Positions 8,601 to 18,285 of a DNA stretch of 64,000 nucleotides are shown here, piece after piece. The first letter of the stretch is position 1. Each line of letters opens with the position of its first letter. The notes under the pieces are model-generated. The model was not told where the DNA came from and made no database searches. It saw only the letters and a program-made list of their open reading frames with translations. Source of the stretch: Deferribacterales bacterium (GTDB lineage Bacteria > Chrysiogenota > Deferribacteres > Deferribacterales > Geovibrionaceae); NCBI GenBank assembly GCA_050253075.1, contig JBFWJS010000002.1, forward strand, positions 192,001-256,000, written 5' to 3'. A program made the translations under genes and the position numbers.

Positions 8601-9039
8601 CTACTTCCACCCTGTCGGCTCAGGCGTGAAGGATATAGTGGCATTTCACATTGTCACAGCGGGTAAGAAGCCTGCGGAGTACTGTCAGCAGCTGTTCAAA
8701 GACCATGAATATAAGAAATACTATCAGTTTCACGGATTCTTTACAGAGTTCGCCGAAGCTATGGCGGAATACGCACATAAGATGATAAGAAAAGAGCTCG
8801 GCACAGACGGCAAAGATGCGAAATCTGCCCACGGCATCATCTCTCTGGGATATGCAGGGCGCAGATACAGCTTCGGATATCCGTCATGTCCCGATCTGGA
8901 GCAGAACTCACAGCTGAACTCCATCATGGACTTTTCAAAGGTGGACGTGGATGTCACAGAGAACCACGAGATGGTCTCCGAATACACCACATGCGCCATC
9001 ATAGTCCACAACGGTACAGCAGAGTATTTTACAATATAG
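5689..9039 (+). CDS. metH: Cobalamin-dependent methionine synthase
   Basis: DGAMGT, GGCCGT Zn site, pterin-binding IGERAN domain, GDVHDIGKNLV B12 motif and C-terminal GRRYSFGYPSCPD activation domain. Confidence 0.97.
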   Translation: MFNEYAKDRIILFDGAMGTSIQKFDLTDEIWQGYNGCSEWLNVAAPEIIQKIHEDYFEAGADVVETNTFGGTELVMSEYDLQDRTYELNVLGAQIARRAADKYGKYVAGSIGPGTKLPSLAQISYDDLYTMYHSQAEALLEGGVDLFIIETCQDLLQIKSAVNAVLDVKSEKGSDAPVMVSITVEQNGTMLMGTDIAAAVTLLREYPLFSIGMNCSTGPDLMHNPISALAENYNGRISCIPNAGLPENKGGQMVYNMTPDKVADIIEGLVKEFPIGVLGGCCGTTPEHIRALRPIADKYKPLKPIAKEYTGEASSLYISTSLVQSPAPALIGERANANGSKAFREMLLAEDFEGMLAVAKEQEETGAHFIDACVAYAGRNEDADMAKFMHLLNKTLTAPVVIDSTEPNVVETALKKCAGKPVINSINFEDGGEKLHRILRAVKKHPAAVIALTIDEEGMAMTADRKFAIAERIYKIFTEEYGLNPNDLIFDPLTFSIGSGDKTLVDAAIQTNTAIKMIKEKLTGAKTVLGLSNISFGLSKDSRPILNSVFLHEAVEHGLDMAIVHASKVLPEASIPEEDIKFCKDLLAGKEGALSAFIEHFSKKEGTLQQEEKLDLPPDQMLKELIKKGRKAGLEDVLKSLMETMKPIDIINNIMLGTMKEIGELFGVGKMLLPFVLQSAEAMKAAVSILEPHMEKNDSDSRGKIVLATVKGDVHDIGKNLVDIILSNNGYQVYNLGIKVPVEEMIAKAVEVDADAIGMSGLLVKSTNIMRDNIDELKRQGVSKKILLGGAALTEKFVTNDCMPIMPGMVSYCRDAFDALKVLSGESDGAAAPEKTYADKQAKPKAVRKPELQTPPKAPFLGFKNAEGVSIEGILEYMNRLALFSHRWGYSKKGMADFEYEKLLKETIIPEFNETVQEIKDKDLLEMGIRYGYCECNSDGEDLVLYNEDGSELTRFAFPRQSIENGVCLSDYFHPVGSGVKDIVAFHIVTAGKKPAEYCQQLFKDHEYKKYYQFHGFFTEFAEAMAEYAHKMIRKELGTDGKDAKSAHGIISLGYAGRRYSFGYPSCPDLEQNSQLNSIMDFSKVDVDVTENHEMVSEYTTCAIIVHNGTAEYFTI

Positions 9040-9136
9040 TTACAAATTAGGACAAAACAGGTTTGATTTCCAATTCGACTTGTGATATCCTTTTTCTGTA
9101 AGTAAAATTAGTTACTAATAAAGAGGAGGCTATAAT

Positions 9137-9502
9137 ATGTCTATCGGAGAATTCATCAAAACAGCAGATTTCAAATCTGAAAAGCACGCACCCGTTGTGG
9201 TAGTACCATCAGGTATCAAAGCTGGCGAGCCATTCGAAGTTGAAGTATCTGTGGGTAAAGAGATCCCACATCCTAATACAGCAGAACACTACATCAGCTG
9301 GATATCAGTATACTTTAAACCAGCAGAAGGTCCTGTTGTTAACGTAGCTAGATTCGAGTACACAGCGCACAGCGAAGCCGGCGCATTCACAGAGCCTGTT
9401 TCCACTTTCAAGCTCAAACTTGATAAGCCCGGCAAACTCATCGCTACATCATACTGCAACCTGCACGGCCTCTGGGAAGGAAGCGCTGACGTTTCTTTCT
9501 AA
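9137..9502 (+). CDS. sor: Superoxide reductase (neelaredoxin, 1Fe-SOR)
   Basis: EKHAP, HPNTAEHYI and YCNLHGLW iron ligands. No desulforedoxin domain. Confidence 0.93.
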   Translation: MSIGEFIKTADFKSEKHAPVVVVPSGIKAGEPFEVEVSVGKEIPHPNTAEHYISWISVYFKPAEGPVVNVARFEYTAHSEAGAFTEPVSTFKLKLDKPGKLIATSYCNLHGLWEGSADVSF

Positions 9503-9527
9503 TCAGAAACCGACATTTAAAACAACA

Positions 9528-9557
9528 AAGCCCGTTCAGATGAACGGGCTTTTTTTA
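9528..9557. terminator. Intrinsic terminator (bidirectional)
   Basis: aaagcccgttca-ga-tgaacgggcttttttt between the convergent sor and STAND-TPR genes. Confidence 0.85.
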
Positions 9558-9560
9558 TGC

Positions 9561-12203
9561 TTATTTACTGACTGCCGCCAGATTTTTCAGTATCACCTGC
9601 GTGGTGGTGTGCTCTTCGCCGAGCACTTCTTTGTATATGTCCAGAGCCTGTTCCAGATAAGACTTCGCCTCATCCTTTCTGCCCATGCGGTACATCAGCT
9701 CACCGAGGTTATTCAGCGTGCTGGCGAATGATACTGTGCGTTCATCCCCCAGAGCCTTCTTGCTGTCGAGGGCGTCGATATAGTACTTCTCCGCCTTGTC
9801 AAAGTGCCCCATTCGGGATGTGAGAAAGCCGAGGTTGTTAAACCCGAGGGCTGTCTTCTGGTGCACTCTGCCGAGAACAGTTTCATAAACCTTTGCGGCC
9901 TTTTTATAGCCTATCTCTGCACCGGAGAGGTCCCCTGTGAGGTACTGAAGCTGTGCATAGTTTGACACTGTGGTCGCTGTGGACGGGTGGTTGTCTCCGT
10001 ACAGCTCGTTCTTTATCTCCAGCGCACGCTTATGCATCTCTTCGGCTTTGTCGTATTCTTTATTCTTTTGATAAGCGAATGCGAGGTCATTTATCGCAGA
10101 TGCTGCTGCCTTGCTCTTACTGCCGTAGGTCTTCGCTGTTTTGTCCAGCACGTCTTCGTATATCTTTACGGCTTTGGCAGGCTGACCGTTTTTCAGCACG
10201 GATTCAGCATATTTATTCTGTGTTTTGATGGTTTCTTTATCAAATTCGCCGAGCTTCTCTTTCTTAAGAGCGGCGACACGCTTGTATATCTGAACAGCCT
10301 TTGCCATGTTTTTTGTTTCGGCATAGACCTCTGCCATGTTCTCTTCTGCTTCGAGAGTGGCTTCGTCGTCGGTGGTCTTGCCTTTGTTCAGGATGGCAGC
10401 CGCACGCTCGACAAACTCGAGTGACTCGCCTTTTTTACCAAGCTGTTTGTAAAAGTTGGCTAGCCTGAGCAGGCTGTCTGCGACATCTTTATGGTCTTTG
10501 CCCAGAGTGTTTTCCCTGATGGTCAGACCGTTCATATATATAGCTTCTGCCGCGTTAAAGTCCTCTGTCTGAACATAAATGGATGCCACTTTATTCATCG
10601 GAGGCACAGTCTCGGCCGTATTCTTTCCGTATTTTTCTTCATAGCTGGCGAGTGTCGCCTGCATCACTCTTTCGGCGTCCACAGGTCTGCCTGAGCGCAG
10701 GTAGAGGTAAGCGAGGGTATCGCTTATGCTGACGGCATCAGCGTGTGTACTGCCCAGAACCTCTGAAACATGGGCACGGACTATCTCGTATGCGCCTAGC
10801 CACATATTAAAGAACTCAGCAGAGAGGTATTCCTTCTCGATACCTCTGAACCACATGATGAACCCGTCAATATCCAGTGCGGCCTTCGCATGGTAAAGCG
10901 CTTCGTAAAGGTGAAGGGGGAAATTGAGATAATCATCCTTAGACTTCAGCTTTGACACGTGGAACTGATAAGCGAGGTAGTGCACATTTTCCATTGTCTC
11001 AGGGTCGAGAGCTTTAACGGCCTCCTGCTTATACGCCTGCTGAACAGAGAAGAATCCCCCGCCGAGCCTCTCACAGAAGCGAAGGTCGGTGAAAACCTTT
11101 ATAGGCAGTGTCCTCTGGTCGGTGTTGCTGACAAATTCTTTACGGAAGGCTTCGAACATCTCCCCGTTAAAGCATCGAACAACACTGAGCACCTTTGCAA
11201 ATGTAGCCACCTCATTCTTCATGGTGCTGAGGTGCAGATGCACAATGTTCTCAGGGTCTGCTTCGTAGATGTCGGGTGTGGGCTCTCTGCCGTCACGCTC
11301 CTCCATCAGGTCGGAGGTTTCGATGCAGTAGCTCATCAGGGCAGGATTACCCTTTGTATTTTCAAGTACGGTCATGACAACAGCCTCACGGCTTATACCG
11401 ATAGAGTCGAAGTATGCCTGTCCGTCGTTTGATTCGAAATTTTCAAGGTGGATTGTCTTTGTCTGTTCGCCTGTCTTTTGCGGATGCAGGCAGGTGTTTG
11501 ACAGATATATGAATTTACCGCACTGAGCCTTGTCACCCAGAGTGACTGCCCAGCTGTTTCCGCTGTCGTCTATTTCAAAGATATCGTCGGCGTTCTCGAA
11601 TATGATCACCATATCCTTGCCGGATTTCTTCTTATACTCTTTCATCCCCTGGGAAAATGCGGTAATGAGCGACTCCCAGTTAAGCTGGTTCTGTGCCTGA
11701 AACATACGCAGAACAGACTTTCTGGCATATGTCTCAAACCACTCATCGAGCAGACCGTCCTCTACAGCTTTGTAAAAGTTTCTGCTGAAATAAGCATCGG
11801 ATTTATATCTGCCGAAGACCTTATCTAAAACTGCTGAATTTGTTTTGAAAAACTTGTGCGGCGGGACTTCCATCTTGCCGTGGATGCGCTCAACACGCAT
11901 CAGATATAAGAGATCAAACAGAGCAAAGCAGTCGGCAAAGCCTTCCCCTATCTCCTGTCTGATAGCAAACAGAGCATTCTCGGGAAACCGAAGGTGCGGT
12001 TTACGCATGTCGATATCGACAATGAACGCTTTTTTACTGATCCCTTCGATGACAGCCGCCACAAGGGTGCTTTTGCCTACCCCCTCCGGTCCGTAGACAT
12101 TGATGATAAGGGATTCGTCCTTCAGGTCTTTAGCCAGAAGCCCGCTGAGCTCGGCCTTTAATTCAGGCCTGCCGGCGAATCCGCTCATAGGAAGTTCAAT
12201 CAT
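9561..12203 (-). CDS. STAND/AAA P-loop NTPase with C-terminal kinesin-light-chain-like TPR array
   Basis: FAGR motif, GPEGVGKST Walker A, VIIFENADD Walker B, KGNPAL (GxP). The C-terminal half has ~42-aa repeats such as LGKDHKDVADSL, YGDNHPSTATTVSN and LGEEHTTT. Confidence 0.85.
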   Translation of the reverse strand: MIELPMSGFAGRPELKAELSGLLAKDLKDESLIINVYGPEGVGKSTLVAAVIEGISKKAFIVDIDMRKPHLRFPENALFAIRQEIGEGFADCFALFDLLYLMRVERIHGKMEVPPHKFFKTNSAVLDKVFGRYKSDAYFSRNFYKAVEDGLLDEWFETYARKSVLRMFQAQNQLNWESLITAFSQGMKEYKKKSGKDMVIIFENADDIFEIDDSGNSWAVTLGDKAQCGKFIYLSNTCLHPQKTGEQTKTIHLENFESNDGQAYFDSIGISREAVVMTVLENTKGNPALMSYCIETSDLMEERDGREPTPDIYEADPENIVHLHLSTMKNEVATFAKVLSVVRCFNGEMFEAFRKEFVSNTDQRTLPIKVFTDLRFCERLGGGFFSVQQAYKQEAVKALDPETMENVHYLAYQFHVSKLKSKDDYLNFPLHLYEALYHAKAALDIDGFIMWFRGIEKEYLSAEFFNMWLGAYEIVRAHVSEVLGSTHADAVSISDTLAYLYLRSGRPVDAERVMQATLASYEEKYGKNTAETVPPMNKVASIYVQTEDFNAAEAIYMNGLTIRENTLGKDHKDVADSLLRLANFYKQLGKKGESLEFVERAAAILNKGKTTDDEATLEAEENMAEVYAETKNMAKAVQIYKRVAALKKEKLGEFDKETIKTQNKYAESVLKNGQPAKAVKIYEDVLDKTAKTYGSKSKAAASAINDLAFAYQKNKEYDKAEEMHKRALEIKNELYGDNHPSTATTVSNYAQLQYLTGDLSGAEIGYKKAAKVYETVLGRVHQKTALGFNNLGFLTSRMGHFDKAEKYYIDALDSKKALGDERTVSFASTLNNLGELMYRMGRKDEAKSYLEQALDIYKEVLGEEHTTTQVILKNLAAVSK

Positions 12204-12210
12204 AACAGAA

Positions 12211-13503
12211 CTAACTCTCCTTATCAGGTAGTGTTCTCAGCCAGACATAGTGTTTGTTAAAAACGTTTTTCACAGCATTCAGAATGGATTCCCTGCTGAC
12301 ACTGCTCATATTTTCGATAAAATTGTGGTAATAATCAGGTCTCCCCACTGTATAGGAGTAACCTATGTCGTTGGCTTCGCTGGACGATTTCTCCCGCTGG
12401 AAAACTGACTGGCTTTTCAGTCTGTTTTTAGCCTTCTCGATCGCCTCGTCTGATATTATAGCATCTAAATCCCCAATAGTCTTTAGAATTTCTTCCTTTA
12501 TAGCAGACGATCTGCCCGGCTGTGCATTATATGTGAATACAAATGAGCCGGTGGTGCGAACGCCGTAGTATCCTCCGTTTATGCTGTTCACCAGAGGGTT
12601 GTCATACTTCATCCGCATATTCAGCACAGAAAATTCACCCCCGGAGAGCACTTCGCTTAGCACCTCCAGAGAGTATACGTCGCTCTCCATAAGCCCGCCC
12701 GCGGGGAAGCTGATCACGCCGTATTCCTGTGAGATGTCTCTCTTGATAACCTTTTCGATGTTTTGGTCCAGCTTCAGCTCTGTGATGTCGGAATATCTCT
12801 TGCCTGCTGACACGTCACGTTTATAGCTGAAATACTTCTCTGCCAGCTTATGCACATCTGCATAGTCTATGTCGCCCACCACGACGAGAGTCATGTTCTC
12901 CGGATGATAGTACCTGTTGTAGTAGTCAACTATCATCTCACGGGTGAAAGCATTCACGTTGTCTTCGGTTCCTATCACCTCACGGCTGTACGGTGTGTCT
13001 TTGAACACCTCTTCGGCGAAGAGCGTCCACATATCAGCTGTCGGTTTATCGAATTTACGCTTTATCTCCTGCACCACCACAGGTTTCTCCTTCGCTATCT
13101 CGTCGGGGATGAACTTCGCATGGAAGACCATCTCGGAGATAGTATCAAAGGCGACCTCTGCCTTATCGGCGGGAGATGTCACGTAGTAAAAGGTATAATC
13201 CTTACTGGTGGCGGCATTCAGCACTCCGCCGCTGCTCTCCACCAGTGTGTCTATATCACCGGGAGCAAATTTGTCGGTCCCCTTAAATACCATATGCTCC
13301 AGAAAGTGCGATATACCGTTCTCTTTATCCGTCTCGTTCACAGAGCCCGTCTTTATCCATGCCTGCACAGATGCCACCTTAACATTGGGGATCTGCTTGT
13401 ATATAAGGGTCAATCCGTTGTCCAGTTTTTCAGTCTGATTCGCCAATACTTTACCTCCGCTAAATAATATCATCAAAGATATAATCAGCATCCTTATTAT
13501 CAT
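12211..13503 (-). CDS. M16 family zinc metallopeptidase with signal peptide
   Basis: GISHFLEHMVFKGT (HxxEH), NAATSKDYT and EKPVVVQE; hydrophobic N-terminus ending VLA. Confidence 0.93.
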   Translation of the reverse strand: MIIRMLIISLMILFSGGKVLANQTEKLDNGLTLIYKQIPNVKVASVQAWIKTGSVNETDKENGISHFLEHMVFKGTDKFAPGDIDTLVESSGGVLNAATSKDYTFYYVTSPADKAEVAFDTISEMVFHAKFIPDEIAKEKPVVVQEIKRKFDKPTADMWTLFAEEVFKDTPYSREVIGTEDNVNAFTREMIVDYYNRYYHPENMTLVVVGDIDYADVHKLAEKYFSYKRDVSAGKRYSDITELKLDQNIEKVIKRDISQEYGVISFPAGGLMESDVYSLEVLSEVLSGGEFSVLNMRMKYDNPLVNSINGGYYGVRTTGSFVFTYNAQPGRSSAIKEEILKTIGDLDAIISDEAIEKAKNRLKSQSVFQREKSSSEANDIGYSYTVGRPDYYHNFIENMSSVSRESILNAVKNVFNKHYVWLRTLPDKES

Positions 13504-16500
13504 TTACCTGCCACCTTTCTTATCAGATTAGTGAACATGTCCAGCACCACGTTGTAAGGGACAAGGCTGTCTATCTCGCCCTCTCTCACCGATGTGATAA
13601 AACTGCTGTAGTTGGTGAAGAAGTTCCCTTCACTGGCGATGAGCTGGTCTATCCACTTGTTACATGTACCACATGCGTGCGCCGTGATATCCTTCTGTAT
13701 CAATTTAACCCTGATGAGAATACTTTCAAGGTTCACCCTCTCCCATTCGTCACGAATTTTAACACTCTTCATGCCGCTGGTCAGGTCGTTTATGCTCATC
13801 TTATATCCTGCGTCGTAGTAGCACCTTAGCACATCTTTCACCTCTGCGCCCTTAGAAACGCAAAGATCGAGGATGTCGAACGCAGATTTGCTGTATCTGA
13901 TGTTACACACGGCCTTAGCTGTCTTCATCGGGATGCCTCTTGAGGTGAATGACTCCACCATCTCGTTGTATCTCTCCTTCATATCAGGTGAGATAAACTT
14001 CGGTATCTCGTTCATTATCTGCTCGAAGACAGGGATATTTGCCTTCACCATAGCCACGTTTGACTCGGAAAGCATCCATGCAGTGGCCACTTTCAGCGTT
14101 TTTTCTATCTCTATGAGAGCTTCGTATATGGCGTTTGACTCTGCTTTGTTATCCAGCTTTTTCAGCTCTTCACGCAGACCGTTACAAGCGAGGAAGTCCT
14201 CTGCCTGCAGATAGCTTTCGGCCAGTCTGGCAAAGCTGACGTTGTTGTTCTTATACAGCTCGTAGAAGAATGTCGCACCGGCCTGATTTGTCAGCCTGTT
14301 CACAACGACAGTGGCCGCTATCTCCCTCTGCAGAGAGTGATTATACAGCTTATCGCCGAATCTCTGCTGAGTATCCTCAGGGTAATAGTTCATGTACTCA
14401 CGCTTCACCAGCTCGTTGTTTATGTCGAGGTCTGCTTCGATGCTGTTGTAAAAGAATATCTTTGAGTATGCGAGCAGAACGCAAAGCTCCGGCCTTGTGG
14501 GCGGTCTGTCCTGATTCACGAACTCGATGTTTTCTATCCTGAAGTCCAGCAGGCCTATCTTGTTCAGGTGTCTGGCAAGCTCTCTGTATACCACAGGGTT
14601 GCTGCTGTATCTGAGTGCGCCGCAGCTCACCACCATAGACTGATGATAGTTGTCTGAAAGGACGAGCTGTTCCACTGCCTTTGTCATCTTTTCGATGTAT
14701 TTGTTTCTGACGGGAACGCTCTCTATGTCTTTTGTCTCCAGCAGTTTATTGAACATGATCTTGAGGTTTACCTCGTGGTCGCTCATGTCCACCCCTGCGG
14801 AGTTGTCCAGTGCGTCTGTGTTCACCATCACACCGTTCAGGTCGAGCTCTATCCTCGCTCTCTGTGTCACGCCGAGGTTGCCCCCCTCGCCCACAACGCT
14901 GAATCTGCACTCGTTTCCGCTGATTCTCAGTCCGTCGTTGGCAGGGTCGCCGACCTGTGCGTTTGTCTCGGATGATGCTTTGATATATGTTCCGATACCG
15001 CCGTTCCAGAGGAGATCCGCCTTCATCAGCAGTATCATGTGTATCAGTTCTTCGCCTGTCACCACGTTTTTATCCGTGTCGAGCATAGTCTTCATCTGTT
15101 TGGACAGCTCGATCTTTTTAGCGGATCTGTCGAATATGCCTCCGCCTTCGGATATCAGGCTCTTGTCATAGTCTTTCCATGTCGCCTGTGTAGCCAGTTT
15201 AAAGAGTCTCTGACGTTCCTTGAAGCTGGACTCGGTGTCAGGGTTCGGGTCTACGAATATGTGGATGTGGTTGAAAGCTGCCAGCAGTTTTATCTGTCTG
15301 GACAGGAGCATTCCGTTACCGAAAACGTCACCCGCCATGTCGCCTATACCGGCAACGGTGAACGGTTCTTTCTGTATATCCTTGCCCATTTCACGGAAGT
15401 GGCGTTTCACACTTTCCCATGCGCCTTTGGCTGTGATACCGACCTTTTTATGGTCATATCCCGTACTGCCGCCCGATGCGAAAGCATCTCCGAGCCAGAA
15501 TCCGCGCTCGACAGATACGGAGTTCGCAAGGTCGCTGAATGTCGCCGTACCTTTATCAGCGGCGACAACGAGGTATGGGTCGGGCTCGTCGTATATCTTG
15601 ACCTTATCAGGGTGTGTCACTTTTCCGCCGATGATGTTGTCTGTGATGTCGAGCAGCGCACGGATGTAGTTCTTATACTGGTTCACTACATTTTCCCTGT
15701 CGGCCGCTCTGTCTGCGAAGCGCTGCTTCACTATGAATCCGCCCTTAGAACCCACGGGCACGATAACGGCATTTTTAACCATCTGCGCTTTAACGAGTCC
15801 GAGCACTTCGGTGCGGAAGTCGTCTATCCTGTCGGAGAATCTCAGACCGCCCCTTGCCACCTTTCCGCCTCGGAGGTGTATACCGTCCATCTGTGCGGAG
15901 TGTACGAATATCTCGAAAAGCGGTCTCGGCTCGTGGATGATATCGAGGGTCTTGGATGCTATTTTGAATGATATGTAAGGTCTTTCAGGTGTACAGAAAT
16001 AGTTTGTACGCACTATACCGCCTATTATCCAGAGGTAATAGCGGAGAGCCTTGTCCTCTGCGACGGATTCGACCTTTTCGATGCCTTCCATAATCTCTGC
16101 GATGATAGTCTCGATGTTCGGCTTTTTCACGGCAGGGTTATATTTCTCTTCGAAGAGCCGTACCAGCAGTTTTGCCGTGGCAGAGCTGTTCAGAAGTGCG
16201 TTATTCAGTGTTTTCAGCGTGAAGCTGCTCTCTATCTGTCTGATGTAGTTACGCAGACCTCTCAAAAGCCCGATCTGTCTGTATGTCATCTTCTCGCACA
16301 TGGAGAGCCCGTTAAGCCTGTCGCTTTCCACAAAACCTGTGAGGATGCGGCTTATCAGCTCGGGAATTATCCCTTTATACTCCTCACAGAAAACCTCTGG
16401 GTCTTCTATATCTGCGAAATATACTGAGTTCACATATGAGCGTCCGCCTTCGAACTCCATGTCGTATGTATCTTCCTCGTATACCTTCAGCCCGATGTTG

Positions 16501-18209
16501 TCGAGTATCGGCATCAGCTCTGTCAGCAGATATCTGGAGTGTGAATATATCTTCAGCACTGCCTTATTCTTATCAGTGTAAAGGCGCGAACGTACGCCGT
16601 CCAGAGCCTCGAGTATGCGTATATCGCCGAATGTCGCCTCGGCGCTGTTTCTTGATTTATAAGTGTCGCTCAGCTTTGAGATGTACTTCTGATAGACAGT
16701 GTCTACCTCTGCACCTTCGAGCCTTTCACGGAGCACATCGTAAAGAGTGGACTCCCATGTGCGCATCATGGAGTAGATAACCTTTTTAACATCTGTCTCG
16801 TCTACCCCTTCGAGGACGCCGAGGTCATTCACATAAAGGTGGAAATGCAGGAAGTAGCGTTTATGCTCGTCCTGACGTACAGATACGTCCAGAATCTCTG
16901 CGCCGAACCTCACCGCAAGGTAGTTCTCTATATCCTTCACCAGCTCGGAGGAGTATCTGTCCTCGGGCATAGCCACGAAGAAGAAAAGATTGTTCAGCGG
17001 TCTGAAATCCTTGTAACAGATGCGTATCTGGTTTGTCCCCTGCATGGAGATTATCAGTTCCAGCATCTTTATCATCAGCTGTTTTGTAAAGTTGAACAGC
17101 TCCACCTTCGGGAATGTGGTAATGAGGTCACGCACCCATTTATAGTCGTGTGAACCGTGCACAAAGTTAAAGTGCTCGAGAGTTCCCTTCACCTTATCCT
17201 TCACTATAGGGATGTCGTAAGGCGGTGTCTGCCTGCCCTTGTTAGAGAAGAGTCCGAGCACGCATATCACACGGGTATTTCCCGAGCTCTTATCAAGGAA
17301 GAGTATGCGGTTCAGATATCCACGCTCTTTCATGCGGGAGAGCCTGAGAGACTTGTCCACCACAACAGGATACCCCTCGACAAAGTTAAACTTGTCGTTT
17401 TCGATATAGCTGATGATGGATTCATAGTCAGGCTCTGATGTGTCCAGCCTGAATATGCCGAGCTTGTTGCATGTGTGACAGTTGGATTTATTATCTATGT
17501 CGATGATCCTTGCGCCCTGAAAGATAAAGTTGTCCTGCAGGAGCCAGTGGATAAATCTGGAAACGTCTATGGCTGTGCTGCGGTACTCCGTAGAGAGGTT
17601 GTGCAGCATCTCTGTTATCTTATGAAAATCGTCCACGGCGCATATCGCCTGGTCGTATATGTCCTGAACATCCTTGCCGATGTCTTTCAGTGCGTATCCC
17701 TCTTTGCTCTCGAGGAATATCATCATGAACGACTCGTTGCGTGAGCCGATGGATGTGTCGGATACCTTGACGATGTTCCCCTTTCCGTCACGCTCGATGT
17801 TGAATATAGGGTGAAGGATAAAGAGGTTTTTGAAATCCTTCTCTTCCAGATATCCCCAGATACTGTCGTAGAGGAAAGGTCTATCGTCTGTCACGGCACA
17901 GACAAGGCTGAAATTGCCCACGAAGAAATTTGCATCTTCGAGGTCGTCCGTGGTGACAAGCACCTTTTTCTTCTTTCTGTTGTTTATAACTTTGTATAGA
18001 TAAAGAATGAAATTCTCTAAATCTTCCTCTGAAAGGAAATTGATCATATGAACGGGAATGTGCCCGATCATCAGTCCGCTGAAATCAAAAAAGGCTTCGT
18101 CGTCCTTCTTATATTTGCCGAAAACCCGCTTGTGCTTTGCTTCTACAAGGTCACAGCTGTATTCGCCAAAGTCTGATTTGGTCATACATGAAAAGAATGA
18201 AGGATTCAT
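13500..18209 (-). CDS. gdhB: Large NAD-specific glutamate dehydrogenase
   Basis: 1569 aa; ARGGLRFSDR, KNAVIVPVGSKGGF, YLVVAADKGTATFSD, GDAFASGGS and GDMAGDVFGNGML. Confidence 0.95.
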   Translation of the reverse strand: MNPSFFSCMTKSDFGEYSCDLVEAKHKRVFGKYKKDDEAFFDFSGLMIGHIPVHMINFLSEEDLENFILYLYKVINNRKKKKVLVTTDDLEDANFFVGNFSLVCAVTDDRPFLYDSIWGYLEEKDFKNLFILHPIFNIERDGKGNIVKVSDTSIGSRNESFMMIFLESKEGYALKDIGKDVQDIYDQAICAVDDFHKITEMLHNLSTEYRSTAIDVSRFIHWLLQDNFIFQGARIIDIDNKSNCHTCNKLGIFRLDTSEPDYESIISYIENDKFNFVEGYPVVVDKSLRLSRMKERGYLNRILFLDKSSGNTRVICVLGLFSNKGRQTPPYDIPIVKDKVKGTLEHFNFVHGSHDYKWVRDLITTFPKVELFNFTKQLMIKMLELIISMQGTNQIRICYKDFRPLNNLFFFVAMPEDRYSSELVKDIENYLAVRFGAEILDVSVRQDEHKRYFLHFHLYVNDLGVLEGVDETDVKKVIYSMMRTWESTLYDVLRERLEGAEVDTVYQKYISKLSDTYKSRNSAEATFGDIRILEALDGVRSRLYTDKNKAVLKIYSHSRYLLTELMPILDNIGLKVYEEDTYDMEFEGGRSYVNSVYFADIEDPEVFCEEYKGIIPELISRILTGFVESDRLNGLSMCEKMTYRQIGLLRGLRNYIRQIESSFTLKTLNNALLNSSATAKLLVRLFEEKYNPAVKKPNIETIIAEIMEGIEKVESVAEDKALRYYLWIIGGIVRTNYFCTPERPYISFKIASKTLDIIHEPRPLFEIFVHSAQMDGIHLRGGKVARGGLRFSDRIDDFRTEVLGLVKAQMVKNAVIVPVGSKGGFIVKQRFADRAADRENVVNQYKNYIRALLDITDNIIGGKVTHPDKVKIYDEPDPYLVVAADKGTATFSDLANSVSVERGFWLGDAFASGGSTGYDHKKVGITAKGAWESVKRHFREMGKDIQKEPFTVAGIGDMAGDVFGNGMLLSRQIKLLAAFNHIHIFVDPNPDTESSFKERQRLFKLATQATWKDYDKSLISEGGGIFDRSAKKIELSKQMKTMLDTDKNVVTGEELIHMILLMKADLLWNGGIGTYIKASSETNAQVGDPANDGLRISGNECRFSVVGEGGNLGVTQRARIELDLNGVMVNTDALDNSAGVDMSDHEVNLKIMFNKLLETKDIESVPVRNKYIEKMTKAVEQLVLSDNYHQSMVVSCGALRYSSNPVVYRELARHLNKIGLLDFRIENIEFVNQDRPPTRPELCVLLAYSKIFFYNSIEADLDINNELVKREYMNYYPEDTQQRFGDKLYNHSLQREIAATVVVNRLTNQAGATFFYELYKNNNVSFARLAESYLQAEDFLACNGLREELKKLDNKAESNAIYEALIEIEKTLKVATAWMLSESNVAMVKANIPVFEQIMNEIPKFISPDMKERYNEMVESFTSRGIPMKTAKAVCNIRYSKSAFDILDLCVSKGAEVKDVLRCYYDAGYKMSINDLTSGMKSVKIRDEWERVNLESILIRVKLIQKDITAHACGTCNKWIDQLIASEGNFFTNYSSFITSVREGEIDSLVPYNVVLDMFTNLIRKVAGK

Positions 18210-18285
18210 CGCTTCCCCCTAAAAAAAATTAAGAATGTAGTATCGGGGGCGTGTCACCCAGCCCCCATATAGATATAATAGACCG

